64,000 bases of DNA from Candidatus Gottesmanbacteria bacterium (GCA_030679255.1 JAUXTO010000022.1:64915-128914), one strand, 5' to 3'; positions 19,434 through 28,490 are shown, counted from the stretch's first letter. A program made the numbers and translations. The notes: generated from the sequence alone by a model not told the origin.

Positions 19434-19659
19434 CAGATCCGCTCCGGCTCGAACGGAGAATAGGAATTTTGTCCCAGAAGTAGCTTGCGGGGCTCCTCTG
19501 CTTCGAACAGAGAACGCTAGTTTTGGAGACTAGAATGATTCCAGTTTCACCAAAGCCCCAGCCGCTTAGTACTTCGGGATCCCGCACGCTAAGCCAAATC
19601 TTTTTGATTTGGCAAGTGATGCGGGAGACATTCCTGTGATTCCATTTCACTACGGATCT
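19434..19659 (-). tRNA. split or intervening-sequence-containing tRNA gene enclosing tRNA-Trp; anticodon not assignable (CUC/Glu if junction falls after loop position 36)
   Basis: 5' half 19659-19630: AGATCCG TA GTGA AATGGAA TCAC A GGAAT. 3' half 19467-19434: ATTCC TATT CTCCG TTCGAGC CGGAG CGGATCT G. Acceptor, D, anticodon and T stems are all perfectly complementary and the T loop is canonical. They are separated by 162 nt. Confidence 0.5.
19488..19559 (-). tRNA. tRNA-Trp (anticodon CCA)
   Basis: Hand-folded cloverleaf on the minus strand: acceptor GGGGCTT/GAGCCCC (7 bp, one GU); D stem GTGA/TCAT; anticodon stem CTAGT/ACTAG with loop CTCCAAA (U33, CCA, A37); T stem CTCTG/CAGAG with loop TTCGAAG; discriminator G. 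CCA not encoded. Confidence 0.85.
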
Positions 19660-19718
19660 AAAAAAGCCCTTGTAAATCATCCACGATAATCGTGGAGAAT
19701 GTACAAGGGCCTTCTTAT
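19660..19718 (-). terminator. rho-independent terminator-like hairpin (GCCCTTGTA...TACAAGGGC + T6 on minus strand) abutting the tRNA 5' end
   Basis: 9-bp GC-rich stem with nested inner hairpin, followed on the minus strand by TTTTTT at 19665-19660. Confidence 0.4.
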
Positions 19719-20028
19719 TTGAAGGGGTACCACCCTACTTCGCTTTTCTACAAAAAATCCCACCGGAACGGCGGGAGATATGTAAGAAAAACCTCATTAC
19801 ATGCTCCGCTGAATGCGACACATGGTGCTTTATTTTTACAGTTAAGCTTCCGGATGAGACATTCCTCAAGAGATAGCCTCATCAGCGTTTTGATATTTCT
19901 ATCAATTGGAAAGATCCCAATCAATCTCTCCTTACGCTTTTATTCAACTGAAAAGTAGTATAGCACAGGCTTTGACGCTTGACAAGCCTCTCTACTATGT
20001 TATTATATTGTTATAACAAAGGAGACAG

Positions 20029-20281
20029 TATGAAACAAAAAATCATCAAAGTCGGCAATTCCGGAGCAGTCTTGATCCCAAAACAGTATTTGGACACGCT
20101 CAAACTCAAAATTGGATCTAGCATTAATCTTGATTTACAGGAGGACAGTTCACGCCTCGTTATCGACGTGCCTGCTAAATATATGAGCATGAAAGTTCCG
20201 TTGGATAAAGAGGTCTACGCAGTCGGCCAGGATCTCCTGAAGCGCTATCTCCCTGCATTTGTAAAGCTTGCACACGCATGA
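20029..20281 (+). CDS. AbrB/MazE/SpoVT-fold antitoxin
   Basis: KIIKVGNSGAVLIPKQYLDTLKLKIGSSINL is the swapped-hairpin motif. Stop overlaps the start of the Doc toxin (ATGA). A TTGACA-16-TATTAT promoter lies at ~19975-20005. Confidence 0.65.
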
Positions 20282-20661
20282 AATATCTCACCACGGAAGA
20301 CGTGCTCCTCCTCCATCATCTCTCTATCGAAAAAAGTGGCGGCTCCCACGGACTACGTGACGCTGGGCTATTGGACGCCGCCGTCCATCGACCACAGGCG
20401 ACATTTGATGGAGAGGATTTGTACCCCAGGCTCTTTGATAAAGCTGGAGCCCTTTGTCACTCCCTCATCAAAAATCATGCGTTTGTCGATGGGAATAAAC
20501 GCACATCGCTCCTTTCCACCATGACGTTTTTGGAAATCAATGGGTATACGTTCAAGTGTAAACAAGAAGAACTCGTAGTATTTGGTCTGAAAATCGATAA
20601 CGAAAACATCTCGCCGAACGGCATCGCCACTTGGTTTATATCCCACTGCATTAAACGCTAA
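20278..20661 (+). CDS. Doc (death-on-curing) / Fic-fold toxin
   Basis: HAFVDGNKRTSL matches the Doc/Fic motif H.F.DGNKR. Confidence 0.8.
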   Translation: MKYLTTEDVLLLHHLSIEKSGGSHGLRDAGLLDAAVHRPQATFDGEDLYPRLFDKAGALCHSLIKNHAFVDGNKRTSLLSTMTFLEINGYTFKCKQEELVVFGLKIDNENISPNGIATWFISHCIKR

Positions 20662-20670
20662 CGAACAACT

Positions 20671-21231
20671 ATGATCGACACCGCGCACATCATCCTTCTC
20701 ATAAGTCTAATGTGGTACATATTGTTTTGGGCCATGACCGATACATCCCCCATCGCTCACTTCATCGCAAATTTTCGTACAGTACGGGGAATGTTTGGAG
20801 TATTAATGGTCTTTGTTATGGCTATTCAAGCCTTGAAGCTTTTTCAACTTGATCTTCCATCACATTACCAAAATCCAATGAGCATCTGGCTCGGCGTTCC
20901 CATTTTGATCCTTGGGTTGGCTCTCGCCTGCTGGGCCAAGATCGTCATGAAAACTAACTGGGGTGTCCCGGCTCAACACGACATCGCTAAGCAGAAAGCA
21001 CTCGTCACATCAGGGCCATTTATGTATACACGAAACCCCATCTATCTCGGGCTTCTCCTCTATTTCATAGGATTTGAACTTGCCCTGATGAGCTGGCTCC
21101 TCGCCGCCACCATTCCCCTCTTCATCCTCATCCGTATGGCAATCGCCAAAGAAGAAACACTCCTGCGTAAATATTTCGGCAAGATGTACGCGGCATATTG
21201 CAAAAAAGTCCCGCAGTTATTGCCTATTTAG
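20671..21231 (+). CDS. isoprenylcysteine carboxyl methyltransferase (ICMT/PEMT) family membrane methyltransferase
   Basis: Multi-TM protein with C-terminal LVTSGPFMYTRNPIYLG...EE..L...FG..Y..Y...VP signature. Confidence 0.7.
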   Translation: MIDTAHIILLISLMWYILFWAMTDTSPIAHFIANFRTVRGMFGVLMVFVMAIQALKLFQLDLPSHYQNPMSIWLGVPILILGLALACWAKIVMKTNWGVPAQHDIAKQKALVTSGPFMYTRNPIYLGLLLYFIGFELALMSWLLAATIPLFILIRMAIAKEETLLRKYFGKMYAAYCKKVPQLLPI

Positions 21232-21477
21232 ATAGTTACTAAGTTGTTTTTTAATTACTCTCATGCCCATACTCGTCTTTAAATATTTTTCTCGAGCCTC
21301 GGCGTCAGATTTTAGCAAATAGGCTTCGTAGTAGATGAGCTTAAACGGAGTGTAAGGTGCCGTAGAAAAATTTTTACCGGCGTTGTGTTCAGCGACTCTT
21401 CGTTTTAAATCGGATGTTGAGCCTTTATAAAGCCAGTTGTTACGTTTGGAAGATTGGAGGATATAGACGTAGTACAT
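21217..21477 (-). CDS. GIY-YIG nuclease domain protein
   Basis: YYVYILQS...LYKGSTSDLKRRVAEHN is the GIY-YIG core. Confidence 0.7.
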   Translation of the reverse strand: MYYVYILQSSKRNNWLYKGSTSDLKRRVAEHNAGKNFSTAPYTPFKLIYYEAYLLKSDAEAREKYLKTSMGMRVIKKQLSNYLNRQ

Positions 21478-21616
21478 TGGGGTTATTATATCTTTTTCGG
21501 GTCATCATGTTGAGGCTATCATGTCCAGCACTTCGCGCTGTCCACCAGCCTCATGAGGGCGGAGGCAGGTTTGAGGTCATTATGCGCGAAGCGCGCACCG
21601 ACCTCACGAGGGTGGA

Positions 21617-21647
21617 ATAAAAAAATCCGCTATTAGCGGATTTTTTT
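21617..21647. terminator. bidirectional rho-independent terminator (A8-ATCCGCTATTAGCGGAT-T7), member of a repeated module
   Basis: Perfect 6-bp stem with 4-nt loop flanked by A-run and T-run. Same module inverted at 28024-28052. Both are bracketed by the inverted repeat GAGGGT...ACCCTC. Confidence 0.5.
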
Positions 21648-22036
21648 ATTTGATACCCTCGGTTGCGGGGCTGGGAGTCGCACCCAGCCTAGAAGATTAT
21701 GCACGTGTTTCTCCCATTCCTGAGAGTGTCGGACTATATCTTTCCCGCTAAGCGGGATTCGGCGTATAGTCTCTACGGATTTCCGCCAACTGGCGGACCT
21801 TTCCTCGGTATTACCCTTCAATATTGAATGGGGTTTCACCGATATAGCCGAATTCTACCCTGAGATATTTCTCTGAGCAGCCCATAATCGAGCCTTCTGT
21901 GCAACTGTACACTACCCCGCGGTACATGAAAGTACTCTCGTATACTATCAAACGAACTACGGAGCGTCAACGCAGGCTTGAACTTTTTTCTGTTATTCAA
22001 TGAAAGATGCTTTCATTTTTATGCTAAAATCAACTC

Positions 22037-22480
22037 GTGTCCACCACGTATAAACAGATAAAAACAATACAAGAATTCATTGGCGCCATCCGACTCCGCG
22101 TTGATGTATTTATCAAAGAACAACAGTGCGCACCCGGCTGGGAACCTGATGAAGAAGATAAAGTTTCAGAGCATTTTATCGCGCTCGTCGATAGGAAAAT
22201 CGTTGGCACCGCCAGAGTGAGGCGTCCAAACCCCGAAGAAATTAAAATTGAACGTATGGCTATCGACAAAGGATTCAGAGGAAAGGGTGTGGGCGACGGG
22301 CTTCTTCGTTACGTTATCAAACAAACAATGAGATCAAAACCAAAGCGTATCTGGATGCAGGCCCAAACGCACGCACAAGCCTTTTATGAAAAATGTGGTT
22401 TTCACGCCGTATCCAAACCATACGATCTTTACGGCATTGAGCATGTCGATATGGAGTTGATGGTGCTTGATAAAAAATAG
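22037..22480 (+). CDS. GNAT-family N-acetyltransferase
   Basis: IVGTARVRR...IERMAIDKGFRGKGVGDGLL (motif A, Q/RxxGxG/A) and C-terminal YEKCGF. Confidence 0.75.
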   Translation: MSTTYKQIKTIQEFIGAIRLRVDVFIKEQQCAPGWEPDEEDKVSEHFIALVDRKIVGTARVRRPNPEEIKIERMAIDKGFRGKGVGDGLLRYVIKQTMRSKPKRIWMQAQTHAQAFYEKCGFHAVSKPYDLYGIEHVDMELMVLDKK

Positions 22481-23162
22481 GCTCCGATTTCCGATTACTC
22501 CCCTTAACGTAGCAAGTTATGTTGTCTATACAGTCCATTTTTACTATAATGCCGTTATGACAACACAATCCGAACATCCATTTCTTCAGACAATACAGAG
22601 GCTCTTCCCTACCGGAGGGATGGATGCCTATGAAATGGCAACAATAATGGCGCGGAACCAAATGGTGGATATGGGAGTCAGTGCTACCTACATCATGGCA
22701 CAATCGCGGGGTAAGCAAGATATCGTAGTAGCCTATTTATGTGCACATAGTATTGGACCTGATGGCGATATCAGAGAAGACAGATATTCACCCGAAACAG
22801 TATGGGACTATAAGGCTTCGCATGATTTACCACATCTACGAGCAACAGAATTAGGACTTCTCCGTTTGCGCGACTTTGGTGATCATGGTCTCGTACCCGG
22901 TAAAATTAGTCCTCTGGACGTAATCAGACTACCGCGAGAGAGCTTTAGGGAGGCACACTTTCTCGTTTCTCCAATAGCCGCATCTCTCGCGCGAGATTAT
23001 AAAGATATAGTGCTCCCCTATGGCAACAGTTCATGGGAGATTAGAAGGGGAGACGATTTACTCGAGGTACTCGATAGTACGCTTACCGGGGCAGGATGGC
23101 AGTTTAAAGTAATGGATTATCAAGACTGGCAGAAACCGGATACTTTTAGCCCTCATATCTAA
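22467..23162 (+). CDS. hypothetical protein
   Basis: Long ORF with coding-like composition; no motif recognised. True start may be the internal MTTQSEHPF (~22557). Confidence 0.35.
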   Translation: MIKNRLRFPITPLNVASYVVYTVHFYYNAVMTTQSEHPFLQTIQRLFPTGGMDAYEMATIMARNQMVDMGVSATYIMAQSRGKQDIVVAYLCAHSIGPDGDIREDRYSPETVWDYKASHDLPHLRATELGLLRLRDFGDHGLVPGKISPLDVIRLPRESFREAHFLVSPIAASLARDYKDIVLPYGNSSWEIRRGDDLLEVLDSTLTGAGWQFKVMDYQDWQKPDTFSPHI

Positions 23163-23204
23163 TTTTTTGTGACAGGAGCTTGATTAAATTTTGTCGAAAA
23201 TACT

Positions 23205-23570
23205 ATGCAAAACCCAGACTCATTTGTCCCTTCAGAAGCATCTTCACGTGCCTTTTTTTCAGCAATTCGCGAGGCTCATTTCTGCGATGAATCACTCACT
23301 CCGCTTGGTGGTCTAGTCGAACTTCGAGCGGATGGCACGAGAGAAGTGACATTTGCCGCGGAAACGACTGACCCTGGGCTTCCGAAGCAACAAATACTAT
23401 TTGAAGTGAATACGAATGATAATCGTGTAAATATCCTAGTCACGGACAAACGAACAGGAACGGTTATTCCGCTCACGGTCGATCCTACTCGTCGAGACGA
23501 AATGAATACGCTCCTTGATTCACTCCAACCGGCCAAGGCGCAACTGCCGGCGGGCGATTGGCTAAATTAG
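23205..23570 (+). CDS. hypothetical protein
   Basis: 121-aa ORF; no motif recognised. Confidence 0.3.
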   Translation: MQNPDSFVPSEASSRAFFSAIREAHFCDESLTPLGGLVELRADGTREVTFAAETTDPGLPKQQILFEVNTNDNRVNILVTDKRTGTVIPLTVDPTRRDEMNTLLDSLQPAKAQLPAGDWLN

Positions 23571-23601
23571 CTATCACTCTATTTTTGCTATACTGCGTGC
23601 C

Positions 23602-23865
23602 ATGATTCGTGAAGCTTCTCATCAGGATATCCCCCGCCTCGTCGCACTTGACCGTGCTTCCTACGGAGACTACGGAGCAGACCAACGGTATTTCCAAAAA
23701 AAATTTACTTCTCCCAATACTTCGATACTTATCGCCCAATCAGGAGGCCGCATCACCGGATTTGTCGTCTTTGAAGTTATGAAACCGGGTCAACAACTGG
23801 AAAATTTCTCTGATTTAATTTTGGGTATTTTGCTTTTGAAAAAGTGCATGCAATTCCTCCATTGA
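23602..23865 (+). pseudogene. truncated GNAT acetyltransferase N-terminal fragment
   Basis: MIREASHQDIPRLVALD...ILIAQSGGRITGFVVFEV is a typical GNAT N-terminus. The ORF terminates before motif A and there is no continuation in any frame. Confidence 0.4.
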
Positions 23866-24026
23866 AAGATCTCTCCCCTCATCTTCCGCTTCCCTCAAAC
23901 CACGGCAAATAGCACAATCATCACAGTCTGACGGAGGATACTGCTCCGAATCCTTGTGACCACTTTCTCCGACGATTGGGTGACGTACTTTTGGATTGAT
24001 TGGCTTTTTCATGTTATTTTTTTCTA

Positions 24027-24428
24027 TCACTTTTTCACAACCTCGGACGCAAGCTCTGCCCAAACGCGGACGGTCAAACCTGGGATAAAGGAAAAATGTT
24101 TGATATTGTGGGTGACGAGCGTAAGCTCATACTCTCGGGCTGTTGCAGCAATCAGCGTATCAAAAAATTGTATACCATGAGACAATCTGTACTTCTCAAA
24201 CAATGACAACGCTTGTTTCGTGATCGTTTCGGTAAAAGAGAACTCATGTAGATCTCGCAGGATAGCATGAACGGCCCGTAGATCACGATTATTCTCACAT
24301 CCCTGGATAAGCTCTGCGTGCGTCACCGCGGATAGAGAAGGCGAGAACTGCTTCAGAAATTGAAACGCAAGGTTATCCCCGCGGATATGAGCGACACAAA
24401 CAGACGTATCGACGAGATAGTTAATCAT
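24027..24428 (-). CDS. vapC: PIN-domain toxin VapC
   Basis: MINYLVDTSVCV start; conserved D5, E42-like, D..D acidic pattern; 133 aa. Confidence 0.8.
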   Translation of the reverse strand: MINYLVDTSVCVAHIRGDNLAFQFLKQFSPSLSAVTHAELIQGCENNRDLRAVHAILRDLHEFSFTETITKQALSLFEKYRLSHGIQFFDTLIAATAREYELTLVTHNIKHFSFIPGLTVRVWAELASEVVKK

Positions 24429-24678
24429 ACGTCCGGTTAAACTGTGCCCGAATTTTCCTCACCCACTTATCAGGATCTTTCATGTCTTCCCGGTCCTTCC
24501 ATATGCCGAAGGAGGCGGACAATCCGGTCTGTCTTCGTTTGTCCGTGATGACTGGCACCAGCATTGCCTTTGGCTTGCCGAACTTGGTAATAATAAATGA
24601 CGTACCCCCCACAGCCACCTGATTAATAAGATCGGCAAGATTTGCTCGGGTTTCTTTGATAGGAATTAATTGCATCAT
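24421..24678 (-). CDS. Phd/YefM-type antitoxin (VapB role)
   Basis: 85 aa; IKETRANLADLINQVAVGGTSFIITKFGKPKAMLVP is the YefM/Phd fold signature. Overlaps the VapC start. Confidence 0.6.
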   Translation of the reverse strand: MMQLIPIKETRANLADLINQVAVGGTSFIITKFGKPKAMLVPVITDKRRQTGLSASFGIWKDREDMKDPDKWVRKIRAQFNRTYD

Positions 24679-24872
24679 GTCATGACGGTACTATAATTAT
24701 GTACACTTTGTCAATAGATACACTTTGTACACCTGATGAAGAATCAATAACAGAATAAATATCCGTAAGTTAAAATGCAAGACCCCCCTCCGAGTCGGAC
24801 TTATTTGCCAGAAATGGCGATAATGGTGATGACAAAAAGGGGGTGTATTTTTTCTGAACGGAAGGAGCCGAA

Positions 24873-25145
24873 TCAAGCTGCTGCCGGCTGGATGTGCTTC
24901 CCTTCAATTTTCTCCATGATCCACATTCTGATAAGTTGCGTGGGGCCCAACCCCTTCTTTCTGGCTTGATTTTTGACCGTGTGGAGCGTACTCGGGTCTA
25001 AACGGATATTGAGCGTCATTGATAAATTTTTGGCAAACCTAACCTTTATAGGCTTTCCGGTTTTCCAAGTTTCCCGATAATTTTCCTCCCAAAATTTTGC
25101 TTCTTTGTCCCTGTCTTTAAAAATTGACGTATCTGGTGCTTTCAT
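24873..25145 (-). CDS. BrnA-type antitoxin
   Basis: KVRFAKNLSMTLNIRLDPSTL...GLGPTQLIRMWIMEKI matches the BrnA (RHH-like) C-terminal pattern. A second copy of the family is at 49676. Confidence 0.65.
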   Translation of the reverse strand: MKAPDTSIFKDRDKEAKFWEENYRETWKTGKPIKVRFAKNLSMTLNIRLDPSTLHTVKNQARKKGLGPTQLIRMWIMEKIEGKHIQPAAA

Positions 25146-25405
25146 ACATTCACCTCCTCAAACGCTGTTATTGGATAATATATACCTTTTCCGTAAGCTT
25201 TTAGCTTCCTATCTTCTGGCGAAAGAATAATTGTTAACGTTTTACCATTCTTTGTCTTTCCGAGCACTTGTATTCTTTTTCGATAACTTTCAACAATGTT
25301 ATATTTTCCGTGACAAACTTCCTCAACCTCATCTAGCGTCACTCCGTGTCTATAAAGATGTTCTTTATTCCAATCATCCCAAACGAGACCACGAACCACA
25401 ATCAT
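25142..25405 (-). CDS. BrnT-type toxin (DUF497, RelE-fold)
   Basis: VWDDWNKEHLYRHGVTLDEVEEV matches the BrnT N-terminal motif F.WD..K...N..KHGV...E. Stop overlaps the BrnA start. Confidence 0.7.
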   Translation of the reverse strand: MIVVRGLVWDDWNKEHLYRHGVTLDEVEEVCHGKYNIVESYRKRIQVLGKTKNGKTLTIILSPEDRKLKAYGKGIYYPITAFEEVNV

Positions 25406-26005
25406 AAGTTAAAATTATTGTAGCACACTGTGCCACAAAGTCAAGCAGTTTCCATCTTCACATGCTCCTCACCTATCCGAAAAACTAATGCCCCGACGAG
25501 GATCAATGCTCCCATAAAAAGAAATGCCATCGGGACTGACCGATCAGCAATTCCCCCGATAACCGGCCCCATGATGGCCACGTATAAACTCGTAAGCATG
25601 CCGATAAACGATAAAAGTTTGCTATAATCCAACCCATGACGAATATGTATAAGTGGATCATGCAACAATTTGGATCCGGCACTCCGGAACACGAAGTGAC
25701 CGCATCAATAGTTGAAAACGTGGCACAGGTCAACGTGACCATTGAACAACCACAAACCCCCATGACGGTTATCTTTCCGCCCGAAACAAAAATATTTATC
25801 GACGGAAGCCCGAGGACACTTGGAGATGATGAAGTTATTTTTGCCAGAGATGTTTATTCTTTTGGAGTCGGAATGACGACGGGAACCACTATGAATGGCG
25901 AGCATTTCAAGGCACTGAATGACCCCCAGGAAATTCTGCCATTAAAAATGGCGGATACAGAATAGGTGCTCCGATGATCCTCGAAGTTTTGTGTATAATG
26001 ATCCG

Positions 26006-26260
26006 ATGACCAGATGGTTTGTCTACATCCTCCTCTGCCGGGGCGGGAGTCTCTACACCGGTATCGCCAAGGATCCGGAAAAGCGATTGAGTGAACACAA
26101 ATCAGGCAAAGGCGGCGCGTACACGAGAAGCCATCCACCCGTTCGCATTGTGTATACACAATCAGTGAAGTCCAGATCCGCAGCGCTTAAACGCGAAGCC
26201 GAAATCAAACGCTGGGGAAGGCTAAAGAAGATCAAGACCCTTGGACTAACCGTGCTTTGA
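26006..26260 (+). CDS. GIY-YIG nuclease domain protein
   Basis: WFVYILLCRGGSLYTGIAKDPEKRLSEHKSGKG...IVYTQ...SRSAALKREAEIKRW is the GIY-YIG motif set. Confidence 0.65.
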   Translation: MTRWFVYILLCRGGSLYTGIAKDPEKRLSEHKSGKGGAYTRSHPPVRIVYTQSVKSRSAALKREAEIKRWGRLKKIKTLGLTVL

Positions 26261-27245
26261 TTTCCTCTATGGTGAGTCGCTCTTCGCGTTGCCATTTCTT
26301 AATCTGCTTAATCCTGATGGCAATCGAAGGATCAAATTGCATAAATCCTCCCTGACTTTTTTGTGTGGGACGGATAAGTCCTTGTGACACGTAGTAGCGT
26401 ACCGTGGGGATAGAGACCATCGATTCTTTAGCAACCGCGCCGATAAAAAGTAGTGGCTGCTTTACGCCTTCCTGGTCAACGAAATATGGGATAACGGGTT
26501 TCCCGTGTGCAGCAGCAGTCCACGCATCCAGCGATCGTTCGACTGCCCCGGCTATGACGTTATAGAAATTTTGGAGCGATCCGGTCATGATGCTATCCCC
26601 AATCGCTTGCATATACGCCTGACGTTCTTCTGTCTTGACTATGGCAATCGGGTACCCATGCCCCAAAAGGATAAGATTCATGAGTAACCTCGCCGTTCTC
26701 CCGTTCCCATCGATGAACGGATGAATATCCACAAACCGGAGATGAAAATCCGCGGCAACTTTCACCGGATGCTCGCCCTGGATACTCCCTAACCATTCAA
26801 CGAGTTTTCTCATTCGCCAGGGCACCTCATTGGGAGGCGGTGGCTCAGTCGCGGCACCGCGGATAAATACCTGACTTTGGCGGTAAATACCAGCCCACCG
26901 GTCCTCAATACCCGTCAGAATAATTCTGTGAATGTCTTTTATATCGTTTTCGGAAATATATTGATGGCCTTTTTTGACGATTGCACGGATAAAACCAATG
27001 GCTTTCTGATGATTGGTTGCCTCCACGTGTTCACGCAATGTCTTCCCTTCTATCGTGATCCCTTTTTCTAAAACAAGCGCGGTTTGCTCGCGCGTGAGCG
27101 TATTGCCCTCGATCCAGTTGGATGTGTAGGTATACTCGGTGTCTAGCCACTCCTGGAGGCTTGCACGCTCTTCCCCGGCAAGGGGCTTAAGCGCATCAAG
27201 CTTTTTCTTCTTTATGCTCAACCGATCAAAAATATCAACCATCAC
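26232..27245 (-). CDS. Fic-family protein with C-terminal MerR-like HTH
   Basis: HPFIDGNGRTARLLMNLILL matches the Fic motif HPFx(D/E)GNGR. The C-terminal SMVSIPTVRYYVSQGLIRP is a MerR-type HTH. Paralog of 33883-34866. Confidence 0.85.
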   Translation of the reverse strand: MMVDIFDRLSIKKKKLDALKPLAGEERASLQEWLDTEYTYTSNWIEGNTLTREQTALVLEKGITIEGKTLREHVEATNHQKAIGFIRAIVKKGHQYISENDIKDIHRIILTGIEDRWAGIYRQSQVFIRGAATEPPPPNEVPWRMRKLVEWLGSIQGEHPVKVAADFHLRFVDIHPFIDGNGRTARLLMNLILLGHGYPIAIVKTEERQAYMQAIGDSIMTGSLQNFYNVIAGAVERSLDAWTAAAHGKPVIPYFVDQEGVKQPLLFIGAVAKESMVSIPTVRYYVSQGLIRPTQKSQGGFMQFDPSIAIRIKQIKKWQREERLTIEEIKARLVQGS

Positions 27246-27329
27246 GTGATAGTTTATACTATCCCCGAATAATCGTCAAGTAGCACTTTTCACTTTACCC
27301 TTTTCACTCTTGACTTTTTTTCTATAGGC

Positions 27330-27358
27330 TTGACTTTTCCTCTCTCTCTCTGTAAAAT
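27330..27358 (+). promoter_or_regulatory. sigma70-like promoter TTGACT-17 nt (CT)n spacer-TAAAAT
   Basis: TTGACT at 27330-27335, 17-nt spacer, TAAAAT at 27353-27358, 9 nt before the ATG at 27368. A second TTGACT and TTTTCACT direct repeats lie upstream (27287-27315). Confidence 0.5.
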
Positions 27359-27367
27359 CAGGTCATT

Positions 27368-27760
27368 ATGATATCCGAATCAAATTCAGAACAAGTATTG
27401 CTTCAATTAATTCGAGCCGCATCCAAGCCCGAGGTCGATGCGTATCAACGCGAGGAGGATGAAGCAGTCATCGCTGCCCTAAAGGACTTATCCCCCGATG
27501 ACGCGCGTGACTTGATCTTGGAGATGGCAGGCCGAGAAGCAAAAGCCAACGACTTCCACGCACGGATGAGAGAAATCGGATGGCATTTTAGCCTCGACAC
27601 ATCCCCAGATGCACTACATTTAGGTCAAAACGAACATGGGTTCCCGATTATCGGATCAGTTGCAGAATTTCCCGGCGGATCATTTTCCATTCGAATAAAT
27701 GATATTGCGAGGGTAATAGGTAGAGAAGAAATGTTGCATGAACTATCTTCACCTAAATAG
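27368..27760 (+). CDS. hypothetical protein
   Basis: 130-aa ORF immediately downstream of the consensus promoter; no motif recognised. Confidence 0.4.
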   Translation: MISESNSEQVLLQLIRAASKPEVDAYQREEDEAVIAALKDLSPDDARDLILEMAGREAKANDFHARMREIGWHFSLDTSPDALHLGQNEHGFPIIGSVAEFPGGSFSIRINDIARVIGREEMLHELSSPK

Positions 27761-27936
27761 GTGTTATTTGACCCCACCAATCCGTCGATGTTCCAAATTA
27801 ACTGTCTTTTTTTTGGCTAACACAGACTTCTGTTTGCCTTCTCCAGCTATTTTTCGTAAAATGAAACCCACGCCAGCGTAGCTTCCTCCAAAGGCGGATC
27901 AGCCTATGGCTGACAATGGTGGGAGCAGAGTATTTT

Positions 27937-28008
27937 GTCAGGGTAGCTCAGTGGTAGAGCACCAGTATCATAAACTGGCCGTCGAGAGTCCGATCCTCTC
28001 CCCTGACA
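27937..28008 (+). tRNA. tRNA-Met/Ile2 (anticodon CAT), elongator-type
   Basis: Acceptor GTCAGGG/CCCTGAC; D arm TA GCTC AGTGGTA GAGC; anticodon stem CCAGT/ACTGG with loop ATCATAA; T stem GAGAG/CTCTC with loop TCCGATC. No 3-GC initiator signature. Confidence 0.85.
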
Positions 28009-28023
28009 CCGAGGGTATCAAAC

Positions 28024-28052
28024 AAAAAATTCCGCATTTAGCGGATTTTTTT
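28024..28052. terminator. bidirectional rho-independent terminator (A6-TCCGCATTTAGCGGA-T7)
   Basis: Stem-loop immediately after tRNA-Met and after the convergent ftsB-like gene. Same module as 21617-21647. Confidence 0.55.
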
Positions 28053-28109
28053 GTTCCACCCTCGTCCGGCTGATGTGAAGCACATAAGTGCTGAAACATG
28101 ATAGCCGGA

Positions 28110-28463
28110 TCAAAAAAACAACCTCCACCACCTCTTCCAATTGGGTATTATTTCTTCCTTTTCTTCGTTTGTTTGGTCATTGGGATTTGTGATTTGAGAT
28201 TTGGGGAGTAATACGACAGTCTCCCCTTCCTTCCCCAATCCCAGCCGATTCCTCGCCTCCTGCTCGATAAACTCGGGGCTCTGGGCATAGTCAAGCTCCT
28301 TTTGAAGCCGCGCGTGCTCAGCCTCTACACGCCGGAGTACGGCCTGCCGCTCCCCTAGGATATCGCGACGGCGCCACAAATCCCAGATCGACCGCGATAG
28401 GTTTACGATCATAAACGCGCTCACCACGATGATAATAATTCGTATTACTCTCCATTTCTCCAT
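28110..28463 (-). CDS. ftsB: septum formation initiator FtsB/DivIC family
   Basis: N-terminal TM helix, coiled coil, conserved EFIEQEARNRLGLGKEGETVV motif. C-terminal tail KSQITNPNDQ resembles the KSQ repeat family. Confidence 0.7.
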   Translation of the reverse strand: MEKWRVIRIIIIVVSAFMIVNLSRSIWDLWRRRDILGERQAVLRRVEAEHARLQKELDYAQSPEFIEQEARNRLGLGKEGETVVLLPKSQITNPNDQTNEEKEEIIPNWKRWWRLFF

Positions 28464-28490
28464 AGTATTTCTCCTCTCACCCCTCTCTCC

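Noticed and set aside
19468-19629. Group I self-splicing intron in the outer tRNA anticodon loop
   Set aside because: 162 nt is well below the size of known group I introns. The only junction obeying the U|...G| rule would give an implausible ACA anticodon. The interior is a conventional tRNA, not P1-P9 intron structure.
19434-19660. tmRNA (ssrA) interpretation of the tRNA-like T-arm and acceptor pairing spanning ~226 nt
   Set aside because: The interval is too short for a tmRNA. No plausible resume codon or tag reading frame ending in ...AA-stop was found. The interior folds cleanly as an ordinary tRNA-Trp, while the outer pairing completes a normal tRNA cloverleaf rather than a tmRNA tRNA-like domain.
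19692-19958. ORFs 19692-19958 (+) and 19423-19680 (-) in the tRNA region
   Set aside because: They overlap the tRNA genes and terminator hairpin, have no RBS or motif, and the region is better explained as non-coding.
21700-21900. RNase P RNA on the minus strand (GAGGAAAGGTCCG and ACAGAAGG motifs)
   Set aside because: The P4-like motifs occur in reverse order relative to bacterial RNase P RNA and other universally conserved segments were not found, so this is likely chance similarity. Left as a low-interest ncRNA candidate only.
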